In this document: piece after piece, positions 61,827 through 64,000 of the stretch
How positions within the stretch are numbered: position 1 is the first letter of the stretch
How the letters are laid out: every line of letters begins with the position of its first letter
Assembly: GCA_045546195.1 (NCBI GenBank)
Contig: JAZQCH010000001.1
Coordinates: forward strand, 103,362-167,361
Source: Candidatus Enterousia sp.
Lineage (GTDB): Bacteria > Pseudomonadota > Alphaproteobacteria > Rs-D84
Direction: 5' to 3'
DNA length: 64,000 nt
The notes under the pieces: generated by a model
What the model was told of the DNA's origin: nothing
Seen by the model: the letters and a program-made list of their open reading frames with translations, nothing else
The model's database searches: none
Position numbers and translations under genes: made by a program

Positions 61827-63356
61827 ATGAGTAAGCAAAAATATGACACACGTCCAATTTCACCTGTAACAAGTTACACTATCAGCGAAATATGCACATT
61901 ATTAAAACCACAAAAACTACACGAACAAACCGTTCGCTCATGGATAAAAGAAGGGCTGCCTATCTGTTATGATGGCAAGCCCGTACTTATCAATGGCGCA
62001 GCACTAATTGTATTTTTACAAAATAAAAAAGCAAAACTCAAACAACCACGAAAATTAAATATAGACGAATTTATTTGTCTGAAATGCAATCACCCCGTAA
62101 TTCCACAAGACAGCAACATCGCAACAAAACAACAAGGAAATGTAATTGTTGCATATGCAACTTGTCCACAATGCCAAAAAACAATTTTAAGAAACTATAA
62201 CATATCTGCACTTGAAACACTTTATCGCACGTTTAACGTGGACGGTATACCAAGATTATGTGTTTCTGAAATCCCTAGCGATAACACTAACATTTTACCA
62301 CAAAATACAACATCACAAAATAACAATAGAATTTCACCTGATTTTCTTAAAACAAATCCGTTAAACGAATATCTGAAATACAAATTCAGAATATATTTAA
62401 CTAACCACAAAGGATTTGACCACAAAACATCTGTCACCCACATGCAACACCTAAGACAATATGAAAAATATTGCGACTTTACAGACCTGCATAAACCAAA
62501 ACAAAAAAATGTTTGCGAATATATAAACCATACAACAAGCACACATAGTGTTTCTTTCTGCGAAGGATGCACCAGCACTTTACGAGAATTCTTTAAATGG
62601 CTACAAACCCAACCAAGATACAAAAACGCTTCAAATACCGCAATTACGGCTTTTTGTAACCTTACAAACAACCAGCGCAAAACAGCACGTTCAAAAGCCT
62701 ATCAAGAAAGCTATACACTGGAAGAAATACGTACCGCCATCAGCAAAATGCCACGAACCACAAACAAAGAACAACGCAATTTAGCAATCGTATCCTTGAT
62801 GGCATTATGTGGCTTAAGAAACTCTGAAATCCGCACTGTAAAAATTCAAAACTTAAAACAAGACCCTGTTTCTGGCCGCTGGTTTATAGACATAAATCCT
62901 AAAATGATGGATGTAAAATTCGCCAAACATCGTATTGCATACTTTATGCCATTTGATAAAGAGTGGGTAGAAAATGTAATAAATTGGCGAAATAAATTGA
63001 TTTCTATGGGATATAAAAACACAGACCCTTTATTTCCGACCACAAAAAGTAAATATATCGCATTAAATACCGGTGTCAGCAAGCTAACCAAAACATGTAT
63101 AAGCAACAACAAAACTATCAGAAAAATATTTAAAGAATCTTTTACCAATGCTGGATTAAGATATATAAACCCTCACTCTTTTCGCCATACTATTGCACGA
63201 TGGGCCGCAACGCATTCCCAAGCCGCTTTTACATCCGTCAGTCAATCATTGGGACATTCTGACGTTTACACCACAGCCGAATACTACGGCAAAATTCCAA
63301 CATCACAAATCGGTCTTGAACTAAACAAAATAGAACAAGAATTAAACCAAACATAA
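61827..63356 (+). mobile_element. int: Tyrosine recombinase (phage integrase family) with N-terminal HTH plus CxxC...CxxC extension
   Basis: C-terminal catalytic region HSFRHTIARW...LGHSDVYTTAEYYG (R-H-R-Y). Start MSKQKYD with SD ggag. Follows the alpA-like gene by 1 nt. Confidence 0.8.
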
Positions 63357-63381
63357 AAATCCCCAAATGGGGATTTTTTAT
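63355..63381. terminator. Rho-independent terminator
   Basis: aaaatccccaaatggggattttttat. Confidence 0.75.
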
Positions 63382-63968
63382 AAATATGCACCGGCTTTCC
63401 TTAAATTAGACTTCCAATCACCAATATCACACCCATATTCTTCTGCATAATCATTTAATAATTGATGAGCTGTTTCTAATGCTTCCTTTTTAGAATACTC
63501 AGGTTTATGTATTTTCAGGGTGTTTCTATCTACAATTCCAGTGACAATGAATGTTTTTTTAAAAAACGATGAATCAAAATCATTATTATAATGATAATCA
63601 TTAGCCCAATTATAAAATCCCGCAACTTCCTTTAAATAATTATCATAATCTGTTTTCTTTTCTAAAAATGACACCGTCCAGTCGCTATATTCATATTTAT
63701 ATACTTTCCAATCATCATTCATAACATACAAATCTTTACACTTTGGCTTTTTAGTCGCCATCATACGCGTATTATTTTCAATCAAATCCTTACACTGTTG
63801 TTTTTCTTCTGTTGTTTTTTCTGCTAATTTGTCACACAAATGTCTTAATTCATAATAATTAACCATGGCTAAAAAATCATCTTCTGTCTTTATAGCTGTA
63901 TCTTCTGGTAAAAATCTTTTATAATCAAAATAATTTATCTTGGATTCCTTAATTGTCCTACGATACAC
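63378..63968 (-). CDS. Island hypothetical protein
   Basis: 196-aa ORF, AT-rich, no motif. Confidence 0.35.
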   Translation of the reverse strand: MYRRTIKESKINYFDYKRFLPEDTAIKTEDDFLAMVNYYELRHLCDKLAEKTTEEKQQCKDLIENNTRMMATKKPKCKDLYVMNDDWKVYKYEYSDWTVSFLEKKTDYDNYLKEVAGFYNWANDYHYNNDFDSSFFKKTFIVTGIVDRNTLKIHKPEYSKKEALETAHQLLNDYAEEYGCDIGDWKSNLRKAGAYL

Positions 63969-64000
63969 AATGCATTCATCTGAATTACTACCATTAACAC

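Overview
The window is a gene-dense bacterial chromosomal segment of about 45-50% GC. Its gene content and organisation look alphaproteobacterial and endosymbiont-like. Housekeeping genes recognised from the translations are thrS (partial), yebC, ruvA, mnmE, an acyl-CoA synthetase, xth, an addB-like nuclease, engB, rsmI, an lpoA-like gene, ygiW, secB, mltA, a dciA-like gene, ruvC, lolCD, ftsQ, an ftsA-rpe fusion, tsaE, uvrB, asmA, aspS, lptC and lptB, ung, gyrB, lpxC, lpxK and a DUF374 acyltransferase. Seven tRNAs were found by hand-folding: Tyr, Gly, Glu, Gln, Thr, Met/Ile(CAT) and initiator fMet. Small accessory islets with low-GC hypothetical or secreted Cys-rich proteins are interleaved with the core genes. 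Many canonical operons are broken: ruvA without ruvB, ftsQ-ftsA without ftsZ, lptC-lptB without lptA, and addB without addA.

Features worth attention:
1. An R64 thin-pilus-like pilO-pilP-pilQ(ATPase)-pilR(platform) module at 51.4-56.1 kb. No pilin, prepilin peptidase or adjacent secretin is present in the window. A possibly secretin-like lipoprotein is instead fused into the lolCD operon about 30 kb away.
2. At least three families of intergenic or intragenic palindromic repeats. One is an RPE-like G-run repeat inserted in-frame in mnmE. One has a conserved 22-nt loop closed by perfect but copy-specific stems. One is a roughly 95-bp palindrome found at two convergent gene junctions.
3. Small stand-alone nuclease genes, one DUF559 and two GIY-YIG. 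The GIY-YIG genes lie immediately 3' of tRNA genes. An identical 32-nt tail follows two different tRNAs. Decayed duplicates of tRNA 3' ends sit next to tRNA-Gly and tRNA-Met.
4. An AlpA plus tyrosine-integrase island inserted next to tRNA-fMet and running off the window edge.
5. An in-frame FtsA-Rpe fusion ORF, and a ThrRS lacking the TGS domain.

No CRISPR array and no rRNA were seen.
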